A DNA stretch of 32,000 bases from an uncultured Candidatus Saccharibacteria bacterium (GTDB lineage: Bacteria > Patescibacteriota > UBA1384 > XYA2-FULL-43-10 > 1-14-0-10-43-13), in NCBI GenBank assembly GCA_964543385.1, contig CAZIYE010000002.1, positions 90,001 to 122,000 of the forward strand, given 5' to 3'. A program made the translations under genes and the position numbers. Shown here piece by piece: positions 17,230 through 25,317 of this stretch. The notes beneath the pieces were generated by a model. The model was not told where the DNA came from. It was given only the letters and a program-made list of their open reading frames with translations, and did no database searches. Position 1 is the first letter of the stretch; the number at the start of each line of letters is the position of its first letter.

Positions 17230-17283
17230 TATAAAAAATTATTCGAATCATTATTATATCAATAAAGATTTTTTTTCTCAATT

Positions 17284-17373
17284 ATGAGAGAGCAAGATGA
17301 TTCAAAATTCTCATATTCAGTGCCTGAATATCGCAAATACCTCAAAGAAGAATGCTCCTGTTGTGGGCTTTAA
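17284..17373 (+). CDS. Putative 29-aa peptide MREQDDSKFSYSVPEYRKYLKEECSCCGL (possibly a gene remnant)
   Basis: Uninterrupted ATG-to-TAA. The last 19 codons match the end of the 199-aa ORF; differences are synonymous (CCC/CCT, TGC/TGT twice, TGA/TAA) or conservative (F/Y, R/K). Confidence 0.4.
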   Translation: MREQDDSKFSYSVPEYRKYLKEECSCCGL

Positions 17374-17405
17374 ATTTTTTAGTTCTGCATTACAGTAAAG
17401 CCAAT

Positions 17406-17434
17406 TTGACAAAACAAATTGCTTAGAATATCAT
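17406..17434 (+). promoter_or_regulatory. Candidate promoter for the 17552 oxidoreductase
   Basis: TTGACA-N17-TATCAT. Confidence 0.6.
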
Positions 17435-17551
17435 CATATGAAACAAGCTTTATAGAAAGAAAAATATCTCCCAGACAAGTAAAATGTTGTTAGGGGATCA
17501 TCTTTTTATAGGACAAAATATAGAATTTAAAATCCAAGCAAGAATCAAAAA

Positions 17552-18952
17552 ATGAATGCCAATAATCAAAGAGTTGCTATAGCTGGACTTGGACCTCATG
17601 CCAAACGTATCTATATTAGGGTTCTCGCAAATTATGAAATTCAACCAAAATTAGTAATAGATATACAGTCTTCTGAGGAAAGTGTTAGGAAATTTCTAAG
17701 AGAGCATAAAATCAAATGTGATCTATATTTTGTACCGGATAAAAACAAAGATCTTAGGCGTCTTTCCGGAGAAGACAAGAAAAATATTGCACGTCTCCTC
17801 AAAAAAAATAAAATCAATAAAGCAATAATATCTACAGAACCAAAATCTCATGTCGCATATGCGGAATTTTTTTTGAAACAGAAGTTGCCAGTTCTAATGG
17901 ATAAGCCAGTTACGGCCATAAAAAATGCATGTTTCGATGATCGCCTTGCCCAGCAAATCTATAAAGAATATAAGCATCTGAGAGATATGTCTATTCAAAA
18001 TGATGTTCCTCTAGTAATCCAATCTCAGAGGAGATATCACGGTGGATATATCTTTATCAGGGAATTACTTAAAGATACCATATTAAAATATGGTATTCCG
18101 GTTACGCATATGGATATTTATCATTGTGATGGTCAATGGAATATGCCAATAGAATACATTACTAGGGATAATCATCCTTTTAATTATGGGTATGGTAAGG
18201 TTTTACATAGTGGCTATCATTTTGTTGATTTCATGAGTTGGATAGTAGCTCTTAACAATTTATTACCAGACAAAAAGCCGGATTGTTTCGATGCTATTCA
18301 CAAGACAGTTAAACCTCAAGATCAACTCTTTCAACTTAATGAAAGCTATGAAAAACTTTTTGAAAAAGAGTTACCAGGATTGCCAGAGAAAGATTTTTCC
18401 AAAATGGGTGAACTAGATTCTTACTCATTTATGCAATTCAAAAGAGAGGGCAAAGTAGTCACTTCTGTAAATCTGAATATGTTGCACAGTGGATTTTCTC
18501 GACGGGCTAGTTCTGAATTGGCCAAGGATGTTTATAAAGGTAATGGCAGGGTAAGGCATGAGAGAATAAATATCCAGATTGGTCCGATACTCAATATACA
18601 AGTTCATAGTTATCAATCTTATGAAATCAAAGATAGCAGTTATTCAAAGAAAGAGATTGAACCTGGCGGTTTAGACCACTTCGATATTTATATATTCAGG
18701 AATTCTGGTATTATCGGTGGCAAGTCGTTCGAAAAAATTCAGGTCTCCAACCGGAGCCGTATCAATAGGAGAACGCACATGGGCCATAATGAGGAAGCCA
18801 GGGAAAGGTGCACAAAAGATTGGTTACAAGGAAATGAGAGTGAGAATGATGTGTTAAAACACAAGCTCACTAATTTAGTTATGTCTACCCTATATCGCTG
18901 TTCTGCCAAGGAAAATTTAGGCAGATTCCCATATATGGAAGTTAAACTGTAG
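17552..18952 (+). CDS. Gfo/Idh/MocA-family oxidoreductase-like protein
   Basis: N-terminal VAIAGLGPHAKRIYIRVLANYEIQPKLVID; STEPKSHVAYAEFFLKQKLPVLMDKPVT matches the family's EKP-type motif. Confidence 0.75.
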   Translation: MNANNQRVAIAGLGPHAKRIYIRVLANYEIQPKLVIDIQSSEESVRKFLREHKIKCDLYFVPDKNKDLRRLSGEDKKNIARLLKKNKINKAIISTEPKSHVAYAEFFLKQKLPVLMDKPVTAIKNACFDDRLAQQIYKEYKHLRDMSIQNDVPLVIQSQRRYHGGYIFIRELLKDTILKYGIPVTHMDIYHCDGQWNMPIEYITRDNHPFNYGYGKVLHSGYHFVDFMSWIVALNNLLPDKKPDCFDAIHKTVKPQDQLFQLNESYEKLFEKELPGLPEKDFSKMGELDSYSFMQFKREGKVVTSVNLNMLHSGFSRRASSELAKDVYKGNGRVRHERINIQIGPILNIQVHSYQSYEIKDSSYSKKEIEPGGLDHFDIYIFRNSGIIGGKSFEKIQVSNRSRINRRTHMGHNEEARERCTKDWLQGNESENDVLKHKLTNLVMSTLYRCSAKENLGRFPYMEVKL

Positions 18953-18990
18953 TTTGACAATCAAATCCAAGTACGAGGGGGAGCTGAAAG

Positions 18991-19683
18991 ATGCCGGTTA
19001 CTGTGGCGTTTGACGGTTTGAATCGATGCGGTAAAGGCACCCAGGCAGCATTGCTGCAGTCTCGCCTTCGCGAGATGGATGTTTTTTCCGTGATCATCAG
19101 AGGCGACGGTTCGAGGGATGGCTTGGGATTGACACCAGGTGATCCAGAAGACCTCTGGTGGCAAGGCTTCAAAAGCTGTCTAAAGGGCAGCGAAGGGACA
19201 ACGCGCTGGTTCGATAAATGGAATGAAGCAGCGTGTCGCTTAGCGCATGAATTAATTTGCTGGCAGGGAATAACATTCCCTCAAATGCTGAAAGATTCAG
19301 GGCGTAAAAGCGGAGTCTTACTTATCGATCGGAGCATTATTTCCAGAATTATGGTTATGCGGCAAGCCGGAGAGTATAACGGTTTAAACAGCCTGTATAC
19401 TGTCGGAGGCGAGCCACAAGACATTGACTGGGAAGAGGTGCTACCCACAGTGCTGTTCAATTTCCATGTGCCCCAAGAGGTACTTCTGGCACGGTTGGAT
19501 CATGATGATCCAAAGTATCAGTTCCGAAAGGGCATTATCGAACAGCATTTCCAACTCCATGTCTCTGTTTCTAGGGAGCTGCCAGAAGAAATTTTAGGCA
19601 GAACAATCCCTTTGAACGGCGACAATGAGCTTGAGGTTATCCACGAAGAAATATCTGCGGTAGTGGAACCTCTATTGCATTAG
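18991..19683 (+). CDS. Thymidylate kinase-like P-loop kinase
   Basis: VAFDGLNRCGKGTQAALLQSRL P-loop; LLIDRSIISRIMVMRQAGEY resembles the DRY/S-type kinase motif; GAGGGGGAGCTGAAAG upstream. Confidence 0.72.
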   Translation: MPVTVAFDGLNRCGKGTQAALLQSRLREMDVFSVIIRGDGSRDGLGLTPGDPEDLWWQGFKSCLKGSEGTTRWFDKWNEAACRLAHELICWQGITFPQMLKDSGRKSGVLLIDRSIISRIMVMRQAGEYNGLNSLYTVGGEPQDIDWEEVLPTVLFNFHVPQEVLLARLDHDDPKYQFRKGIIEQHFQLHVSVSRELPEEILGRTIPLNGDNELEVIHEEISAVVEPLLH

Positions 19684-19693
19684 TGCGGGCAGA

Positions 19694-19716
19694 GTGTGGG
19701 GCAGGACGCCCCACAC
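19694..19716 (+). terminator. Strong GC hairpin after the kinase gene (no T-run)
   Basis: GTGTGGGGC-AGGAC-GCCCCACAC, 9-bp perfect stem. Confidence 0.6.
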
Positions 19717-19746
19717 CATAATTTGAAAAAGTAATAAAAGGAGTAT

Positions 19747-20175
19747 ATGAGGCACAGTTTTGATTCAGTGAATGTCAGTACAATAATTTTTAATAGAAAA
19801 GGACAGGTTCTTTTGGGAAAAAGAAGTATGGACGAGGATGTATATCCCGGACTTTGGTGTGTGCCTGGAGGCAAGATAGATGTGGAAGCCTGTGAAGGTG
19901 AAATTATCGAGAACAATTTAAAAAGAGAGGTGAAGGAAGAGATAGGGATAGAGATAGAACCTCTCTTTTATCTTGCTAGCAATTGTCTTATAAAAGGAGA
20001 CGAGGCAAAATTATATCTGATGTTTGTATCAGAGCATGTTGCCGGTGAGCCATTTGCACTTGACGGTACCGAAGAAGTTAAATGGTTTGAAATCGATGAA
20101 CTAACACCAGAAATGCTAACGCCTAAAACCTATGACAATATTCAAAAAGCGAGTGACAAAAGAATATCTCTCTAA
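19747..20175 (+). CDS. NUDIX hydrolase (MutT-like)
   Basis: CVPGGKIDVEACEGEIIENNLKREVKEEIGIEIE resembles a Nudix box with an expanded GX5E spacing. Confidence 0.85.
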   Translation: MRHSFDSVNVSTIIFNRKGQVLLGKRSMDEDVYPGLWCVPGGKIDVEACEGEIIENNLKREVKEEIGIEIEPLFYLASNCLIKGDEAKLYLMFVSEHVAGEPFALDGTEEVKWFEIDELTPEMLTPKTYDNIQKASDKRISL

Positions 20176-20273
20176 AAATATCTAGACAATTTCGAAATCT
20201 TAATTTATTTCCGCAAATATCTCAGAGAAAAATGCTCCTGCTGCGGGCTTTGACTTATCCGCTAAGTTGACAT

Positions 20274-20302
20274 TTGACACCCTTTAATTGCTTCTGTAGA
20301 AT
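20274..20302 (+). promoter_or_regulatory. Sigma70-like promoter inside repeat copy 2
   Basis: Same TTGACA-N17-TAGAAT, offset 3788 bp. Confidence 0.8.
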
Positions 20303-20387
20303 TTATGCATGGATACGTTATGGACAAAATTTAGACCCAAACGCAAGTTGCGGGCTAAGTGTGTCTTTGAAGAACTCCAAATAGATA

Positions 20388-20414
20388 GGACCCCTCTGGG
20401 GCCCTTTTTTGTAT
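20388..20414 (+). terminator. Intrinsic terminator in the leader of the full-length HD gene (copy 2)
   Basis: Same GGACCCCTCTGGGGCCCTTTTTTG as copy 1. Confidence 0.7.
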
Positions 20415-20454
20415 CCTGTACACTCACAATCTAACGAAAGGAGGACTCCGGAGA

Positions 20455-21090
20455 ATGGGAGCAATGTTGGTACACGTTTCTGCATTAGAATATCTCTCAG
20501 TGCTCGCTCTTCGGAGATTCTCCGAAGAAGACCTGCGAAGGATTCAAAAAGCAGAGGATTTCGCTACTGAGAAGTTGCAAGGCATATTGCGGCGTGATGG
20601 CACACCAGCCATTGAGCACTCAAGAGCACTTGCACTCAAAGCATGCGAGCTAAAACTGTCAGCAAACGCTATAGCGATTGCCTGGTTGCACGATGTGTTG
20701 GAGGACAACCTCAATGTCACATCGTGGGACCTGTACTGTTTGTTTGGAGTCGTCCATGGGGCGATCATCACCAACGGCGTAATAGCCTTGACACAATGCG
20801 ACTGGATGTCTGACGAAGTGTACTTCAATAGGATCGAAGTTGCATCCTCAGTCAACTGGGAGATTGTAGTCGTCAAATTAATTGATCGCTGGCATTTCCA
20901 TTCGGACTTTTACAACGGTCCGGAGAAGAAAGAGCTAGCCAAGATTGACCAGACACAGAAGATCTTCCAGCAGACTATCAGAAACTGTGAAGTATTAGTT
21001 CCGGAAGATTTCCGGTCGACATACAATCAGTTGCTGGATGAAGTACTGGAGCTTGCAGAAATCCGGCAAGCTGAACTAATGGCCGCATAG
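20455..21090 (+). CDS. HD-domain protein resembling the SpoT/RelA (p)ppGpp hydrolase domain
   Basis: GILRRDGTPAIEHSRALALKACELKLSANAIAIAWLHDVLEDN and VVVKLIDRWH mirror the RelA/SpoT hydrolase pattern (GEPYI.HPLAVA...LLHDV.EDT...KLADRLH). Confidence 0.78.
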   Translation: MGAMLVHVSALEYLSVLALRRFSEEDLRRIQKAEDFATEKLQGILRRDGTPAIEHSRALALKACELKLSANAIAIAWLHDVLEDNLNVTSWDLYCLFGVVHGAIITNGVIALTQCDWMSDEVYFNRIEVASSVNWEIVVVKLIDRWHFHSDFYNGPEKKELAKIDQTQKIFQQTIRNCEVLVPEDFRSTYNQLLDEVLELAEIRQAELMAA

Positions 21091-21115
21091 GCTCTGTCCA
21101 CGATGGACCGAGCCT
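21089..21115 (+). terminator. Terminator-like hairpin after the HD gene
   Basis: AGGCTC-T-GTCC-ACGAT-GGAC-C-GAGCCT. Confidence 0.7.
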
Positions 21116-21165
21116 ATTGCATTTTTATATTAGAAAAATTAATCAAGTTATGCTATAAAAATAAT

Positions 21166-23337
21166 ATGAAAGAAATTGCAAAAGCCTACGACCATCAACA
21201 ATTTGAAGAACCCATCTATAAGCACTGGGAAGACTCTGGTTATTTTAAGCCTGAAATAAATATGGGCAAAAAGCCAGAATATGACAGAGAAATTGACGGT
21301 AAGCCTTTTGTTATCTCTATGCCACCGCCGAATGTAACAGGTAAGTTACATGTTGGCCACTCGTTGTTTATTACATTGCAAGATATAATGATCCGATATC
21401 ATCGCTTGAAAGGCGAACCAACTCTTTGGCTGCCAGGAACAGATCATGCAGGTATTGCCACTCAAACTGTAGTCGATAAAATGCTTAAGAAACAAGGAAT
21501 CGACAAGCGAGAGCTTGGCCGTGAAAAATTCATTGAAGAAGTGTGGAAATGGAAAGAAGAGTACGGAGGTACTATTACTAGACAACTCCGTCGTATGGGC
21601 GCTTCTTGTGACTGGTCAAGAGAGAGATTTACGCTTGATGAAGGCCTTAGTTTCGCTGTTCGTAAAGCCTTTGTTGATCTCTATAAAAAAGAGCTGATAT
21701 ATCAGGGGCTTAGAGTTGTGAACTGGTGTCCTCGTTGTCGTACAGCTATTGCTGATGATGAAGTCGAATATCAAGAACAGAAATCAAAATTATATTGGAT
21801 CAAATATGGTCCCTTTGTATTGGCGACTACTCGTCCTGAAACTAAATTAGGTGATACTGCAGTTGCGGTCAATCCAAAAGATAAAAGATACCTTGATATG
21901 GTTGGCAAAAAGTATATGATTCCGGGAGTTTTAGGTGAATTTGAGGTCATAGTGGTTGCTGACAATGCGGTTGATCCCGCGTTTGGTAGTGGTGCGGTAA
22001 AAGTCACTCCCGCACATAGCTTCGCGGACTACGAAATTGCTCAACGTCATAACCTTTCAATGAAGCAGATAATCGATGAAAATGGTCGTATGATGGCTAA
22101 TACTGGTAAATATGCCGGAATGAAGACCTCTGAGGCCAGAGAAGCCATAGTGGCGGACATGGACAAGCTGGGATTAATTGATCATGTAGACGAATATGAT
22201 AACAGTCTTCCGACTTGCTATCGTTGTGGAGGAACTATCGAGCCGATTCCATCGAAGCAATGGTTTGTTAAGATGAAAGATCTTGCCAATAGGGCAAAGA
22301 AAGTTGTTGAAGATGGAAAAATGGATATAATTCCTGATCGTTTCAAAAAGTTGTATATCCAATGGATGGAAAATATTCGCGACTGGTGCGTGTCTCGTCA
22401 AATTTGGTGGGGTCATCAGATCCCAGTTTGGTATAGGGGTGATGAGATCTATTGCGGCATGGAAGCTCCCGATGGTAAGGATTGGAAACAGGATCAAGAT
22501 GTGCTCGATACTTGGTTTTCCTCTGCCTTGTGGCCTTTTTCAACCCTTGGTTGGCCAGGGGAGACAAAGGACTACAACTATTTTTATTCCACAACAGTAA
22601 TGGAAACTGGTTATGATATTTTGCCTTTCTGGGTAGCTAGAATGGCTACTTTTGGTCTCGAATTTACCGGCAAGGTACCTTTTGAAACTGTTTATTTTCA
22701 CGGCCTAGTTCGCGATGAAAAGAATAGGAAAATGAGCAAATCTCTTGGCAATGTTTTAGACCCTCTCGATATTATTCCAAAATATGGCACGGATGCTCTT
22801 AGGATGGCGCTTGTAGTCGGTTCAGCTCCTGGTCAAGATTTAGCAGTAGGGGAGTCAAAGATTAAGGGCTATCGTAATTTCTCTAATAAAATATGGAACG
22901 CTTCCCGGTTTGTTCTGCTGCAAGTTTCAAATGGGGATTTAAGAACCGGTGAAATTGGTGCAGCAAGGTTAGATAGTTTAGACATAAACAAAGCAACTCT
23001 AACTAATCAAGACAAAGCTATACTAAAGGATTTAGAAAATGTTAAAAAGTCCGTCACGGAGAAATTAGACAAGTTCAGATTCTCTCAAGCAGGAGAGGAA
23101 TTGTATGAATTTTTCTGGCATACATTTTGTGACATCTATATAGAAAAAGCAAAAGAACAAATTGCAGATGAGAAGTTCAAGGATAATACTAAAAAAATAT
23201 TGATAAAAATCCTCTCTGAATCCCTAATCCTTCTTCATCCTTTTGTGCCTTTCGTCACTGAGGCTGTATGGCAGGAGCTTCGGAAGGTATATCCAGATCT
23301 CTCCAAATCCATCATGATTTCAAGATGGCCTCTATAA
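21166..23337 (+). CDS. valS: Valyl-tRNA synthetase
   Basis: PPNVTGKLHVGHSL (HIGH), KMSKSLGN (KMSKS), DWCVSRQIWWGHQIPVW; start at 21166 preferred over track 21103. Confidence 0.95.
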   Translation: MKEIAKAYDHQQFEEPIYKHWEDSGYFKPEINMGKKPEYDREIDGKPFVISMPPPNVTGKLHVGHSLFITLQDIMIRYHRLKGEPTLWLPGTDHAGIATQTVVDKMLKKQGIDKRELGREKFIEEVWKWKEEYGGTITRQLRRMGASCDWSRERFTLDEGLSFAVRKAFVDLYKKELIYQGLRVVNWCPRCRTAIADDEVEYQEQKSKLYWIKYGPFVLATTRPETKLGDTAVAVNPKDKRYLDMVGKKYMIPGVLGEFEVIVVADNAVDPAFGSGAVKVTPAHSFADYEIAQRHNLSMKQIIDENGRMMANTGKYAGMKTSEAREAIVADMDKLGLIDHVDEYDNSLPTCYRCGGTIEPIPSKQWFVKMKDLANRAKKVVEDGKMDIIPDRFKKLYIQWMENIRDWCVSRQIWWGHQIPVWYRGDEIYCGMEAPDGKDWKQDQDVLDTWFSSALWPFSTLGWPGETKDYNYFYSTTVMETGYDILPFWVARMATFGLEFTGKVPFETVYFHGLVRDEKNRKMSKSLGNVLDPLDIIPKYGTDALRMALVVGSAPGQDLAVGESKIKGYRNFSNKIWNASRFVLLQVSNGDLRTGEIGAARLDSLDINKATLTNQDKAILKDLENVKKSVTEKLDKFRFSQAGEELYEFFWHTFCDIYIEKAKEQIADEKFKDNTKKILIKILSESLILLHPFVPFVTEAVWQELRKVYPDLSKSIMISRWPL

Positions 23338-23464
23338 ACAGTCTTTAGTAGTAGTCAGCTGTTTGTCGATTAAATAATTTCTATTTGGTCTTTTCTATAT
23401 TGTTTTAGTTGTCATATTCTAGGATTATTTTGTTAAATATCATTAATCAACATTATTGCCACAA

Positions 23465-23623
23465 ATGGTTGGATTTTTAGCAAAAACAAGTAGTAAACAG
23501 CATAAAAAAGAACAGATAGCTCAAAAAAGAAGGCAAAGATTTCGAGCTAAGCTTTGGCAGCACAGTAATAAATATGTTGACATGTGGTTTAAAAAAATTA
23601 AAAGTTTTTTTAACAGGAGATAG
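23465..23623 (+). CDS. Small basic hypothetical protein (52 aa)
   Basis: MVGFLAKTSSKQHKKEQIAQKRRQRFRAKLWQHSNKYVDMWFKKIKSFFNRR*; its stop abuts the ATG at 23624, suggesting coupling. Confidence 0.5.
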   Translation: MVGFLAKTSSKQHKKEQIAQKRRQRFRAKLWQHSNKYVDMWFKKIKSFFNRR

Positions 23624-24127
23624 ATGGCTGGAAGAAGAAAAAAGCAAATAGCAATCGGTACAATCATGGCCCTTATAATTATTCTTGTAGTTGTATTCTT
23701 TTATGGAATTAAGGCAGATAATAGGCAGGATAATCCAGAAATAACAAGTATACGGACTGATAGCTTTGATGAGAAAGTACATAATGTAGAGCCCGACAAA
23801 GCGTATTTAAGAAGTATAGATACAGAAGGGTTTGGTTTAACAAAAAGGATCTATGCAAACGGCAAGTTTATGCATACTGTGAGTGCAAGTTTGCCGCTAG
23901 TAGAGGATCCGGAGTTTTACCAGGGATGGCTTGTTAAGCCTGGCAATGATGTTGATAAAGAAGAATTTATTGCGACAGGAAAACTTATTTATACTGAGAG
24001 TGAATTTTTTCTCTTTTATGAATCGGATCAGGACTTGAAAGATTTCTCAAAAATTATAGTTTCGAAACAGATTCAAAATGATGCTGTTCCTAATAGCTAT
24101 GTTCTAGTCGGATCATTTGCAAACTGA
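23624..24127 (+). CDS. Hypothetical single-TM protein
   Basis: IGTIMALIIILVVVFFYGI TM segment and extracytoplasmic domain. Confidence 0.7.
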   Translation: MAGRRKKQIAIGTIMALIIILVVVFFYGIKADNRQDNPEITSIRTDSFDEKVHNVEPDKAYLRSIDTEGFGLTKRIYANGKFMHTVSASLPLVEDPEFYQGWLVKPGNDVDKEEFIATGKLIYTESEFFLFYESDQDLKDFSKIIVSKQIQNDAVPNSYVLVGSFAN

Positions 24128-24198
24128 TTTTGACAAAATAGCAGATATCGCCTAATATAAATGTATTAAATTATTTAGGCAAAAACCAAGGAGAGCAT

Positions 24199-24663
24199 AT
24201 GAGTAACAATTTAAAAACTTTTCTATTCATACTTTTAGCAGTTTTCTTAGTTTCTGGAGGGCTTATCTTTATAAGCGCAAAGTCAAAGAAAAGTGCTGAT
24301 AGCAATACAACTACCCAAAGCGAGGACGGCGGAGTAGCTGGTGCGTCGACTCAGGACGAAAAAAGTGAAGGGAAAAAAGATAGCGCTTATATTGAAAAGT
24401 TGGCAAAGTTTATGGCTGAAAAGGGTATGGTCATGTTCGGTGCATATTGGTGCCCGCACTGTGTCGACCAGAAAAAGCTTTTCGGTGATGCCTTCAAATA
24501 TGTTGACTATGTTGAGTGCGATGAGAAGGGTCCAAATGCAAATCCAGACGAATGTGTGGCAAATGGAATAGAAGGATACCCAACGTGGGTTTATCAAGGT
24601 CAGCAATACGGTGGCTATAAATCTTTCTCCGAGCTTGCAAAAATAGTAGGATTTAACGAATAG
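24199..24663 (+). CDS. Membrane-anchored thioredoxin-fold protein
   Basis: N-terminal TM helix; MVMFGAYWCPHCVDQKKLF active site; GIEGYPTWVYQGQQYGG cis-Pro region. Confidence 0.87.
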   Translation: MSNNLKTFLFILLAVFLVSGGLIFISAKSKKSADSNTTTQSEDGGVAGASTQDEKSEGKKDSAYIEKLAKFMAEKGMVMFGAYWCPHCVDQKKLFGDAFKYVDYVECDEKGPNANPDECVANGIEGYPTWVYQGQQYGGYKSFSELAKIVGFNE

Positions 24664-24684
24664 TATTATAAAGGTCTCTTAAGG

Positions 24685-24712
24685 AATGTCCCAAGAAATT
24701 GGGACATTTTTT
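24685..24712 (+). terminator. Intrinsic terminator
   Basis: AATGTCCCAA-GAAA-TTGGGACATTTTTT. Confidence 0.93.
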
Positions 24713-24806
24713 AAATAATAGTTCTTGTTATCTGTGCGATGTTGTTATTCGGATTGCAAAAGCAGCGCAATTAATGGTAATTGCTTGGGGATAACCCGTG
24801 TTATTA

Positions 24807-24831
24807 ATTTAAAATTTAAAATTTAAAATTT
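24807..24831. repeat. Short AT tandem repeat (TTTAAAA, period 7)
   Basis: AATTTAAAATTTAAAATTTAAAATTT. Confidence 0.85.
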
Positions 24832-25064
24832 CAGCAAGTGCGTTTGACAAGATAAAATTAACAGCTTCAGCATTTACTATTTTATATGATTACGGATCGT
24901 TAATTATAGATTATTTAATTTCGAGCACATATTTGTTGACAGTTGAGCTTAGACACGAATAAAATATTAATTAAGTAATCGATTATAAGGCTATCAATAT
25001 TTTCTGTCTCCTTCTGTGAGCTGAAAGTAGAGGCGCCAATATATACGGAAGGAGGTGAATTAGA

Positions 25065-25208
25065 ATGGAAGCATATTGCGTAAAATGCAAGGCTAAGGTT
25101 GAGATCAAAAATCCTCAATCAATTACTATGAAAAATGGTAAGCCAGCAACATCAGGTGAGTGTCCAGTTTGTGGCACAAAAGTTTTCAGAATTGGCGCTG
25201 CTAAATAG
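25065..25208 (+). CDS. Small zinc-ribbon protein (DUF5679-like)
   Basis: MEAYCVKCKAKVEIKNPQSITMKNGKPATSGECPVCGTKVFRIGAAK* with strong SD GGAAGGAGG; below ORF-track cutoff. Confidence 0.88.
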   Translation: MEAYCVKCKAKVEIKNPQSITMKNGKPATSGECPVCGTKVFRIGAAK

Positions 25209-25245
25209 TTTTCGAATAAATTTTTGTTTTTGATAAACGCAAGAG

Positions 25246-25271
25246 TGTCCCCGTACATCGGGGGCATTTTT
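25246..25271 (+). terminator. Intrinsic terminator
   Basis: TGTCCCCG-TACAT-CGGGGGCATTTTT. Confidence 0.8.
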
Positions 25272-25317
25272 GTGGAGAATTGAAAAAAGTCGGCAGAAGT
25301 ATTATATTTTATATATT

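Larger units (their letters stand above)
20212..20600. repeat. ~389-bp direct repeat, copy 2
   Basis: Near-identical to 16424..16812. Confidence 0.95.

Noticed and set aside
20185-20255. Third CSCCGL tail as another peptide gene
   Set aside because: The in-frame region (K Y L D N F E I L I Y F R K Y L R E K C S C C G L) is preceded by TAA and has no ATG/GTG/TTG start, so it reads as a remnant.
16424-20600. Direct repeats as IS-element or composite-transposon ends
   Set aside because: No terminal inverted repeats, transposase or recognisable target-site duplication seen; the repeats are explained as duplicated flanking/gene sequence.
21346-22594. Minus-strand ORFs inside valS
   Set aside because: Antisense shadows of a strongly conserved housekeeping gene.
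24807-24831. TTTAAAA tandem repeat as possible iteron or origin element
   Set aside because: Only ~3.5 short AT-only units, far from replication genes; more likely simple sequence.
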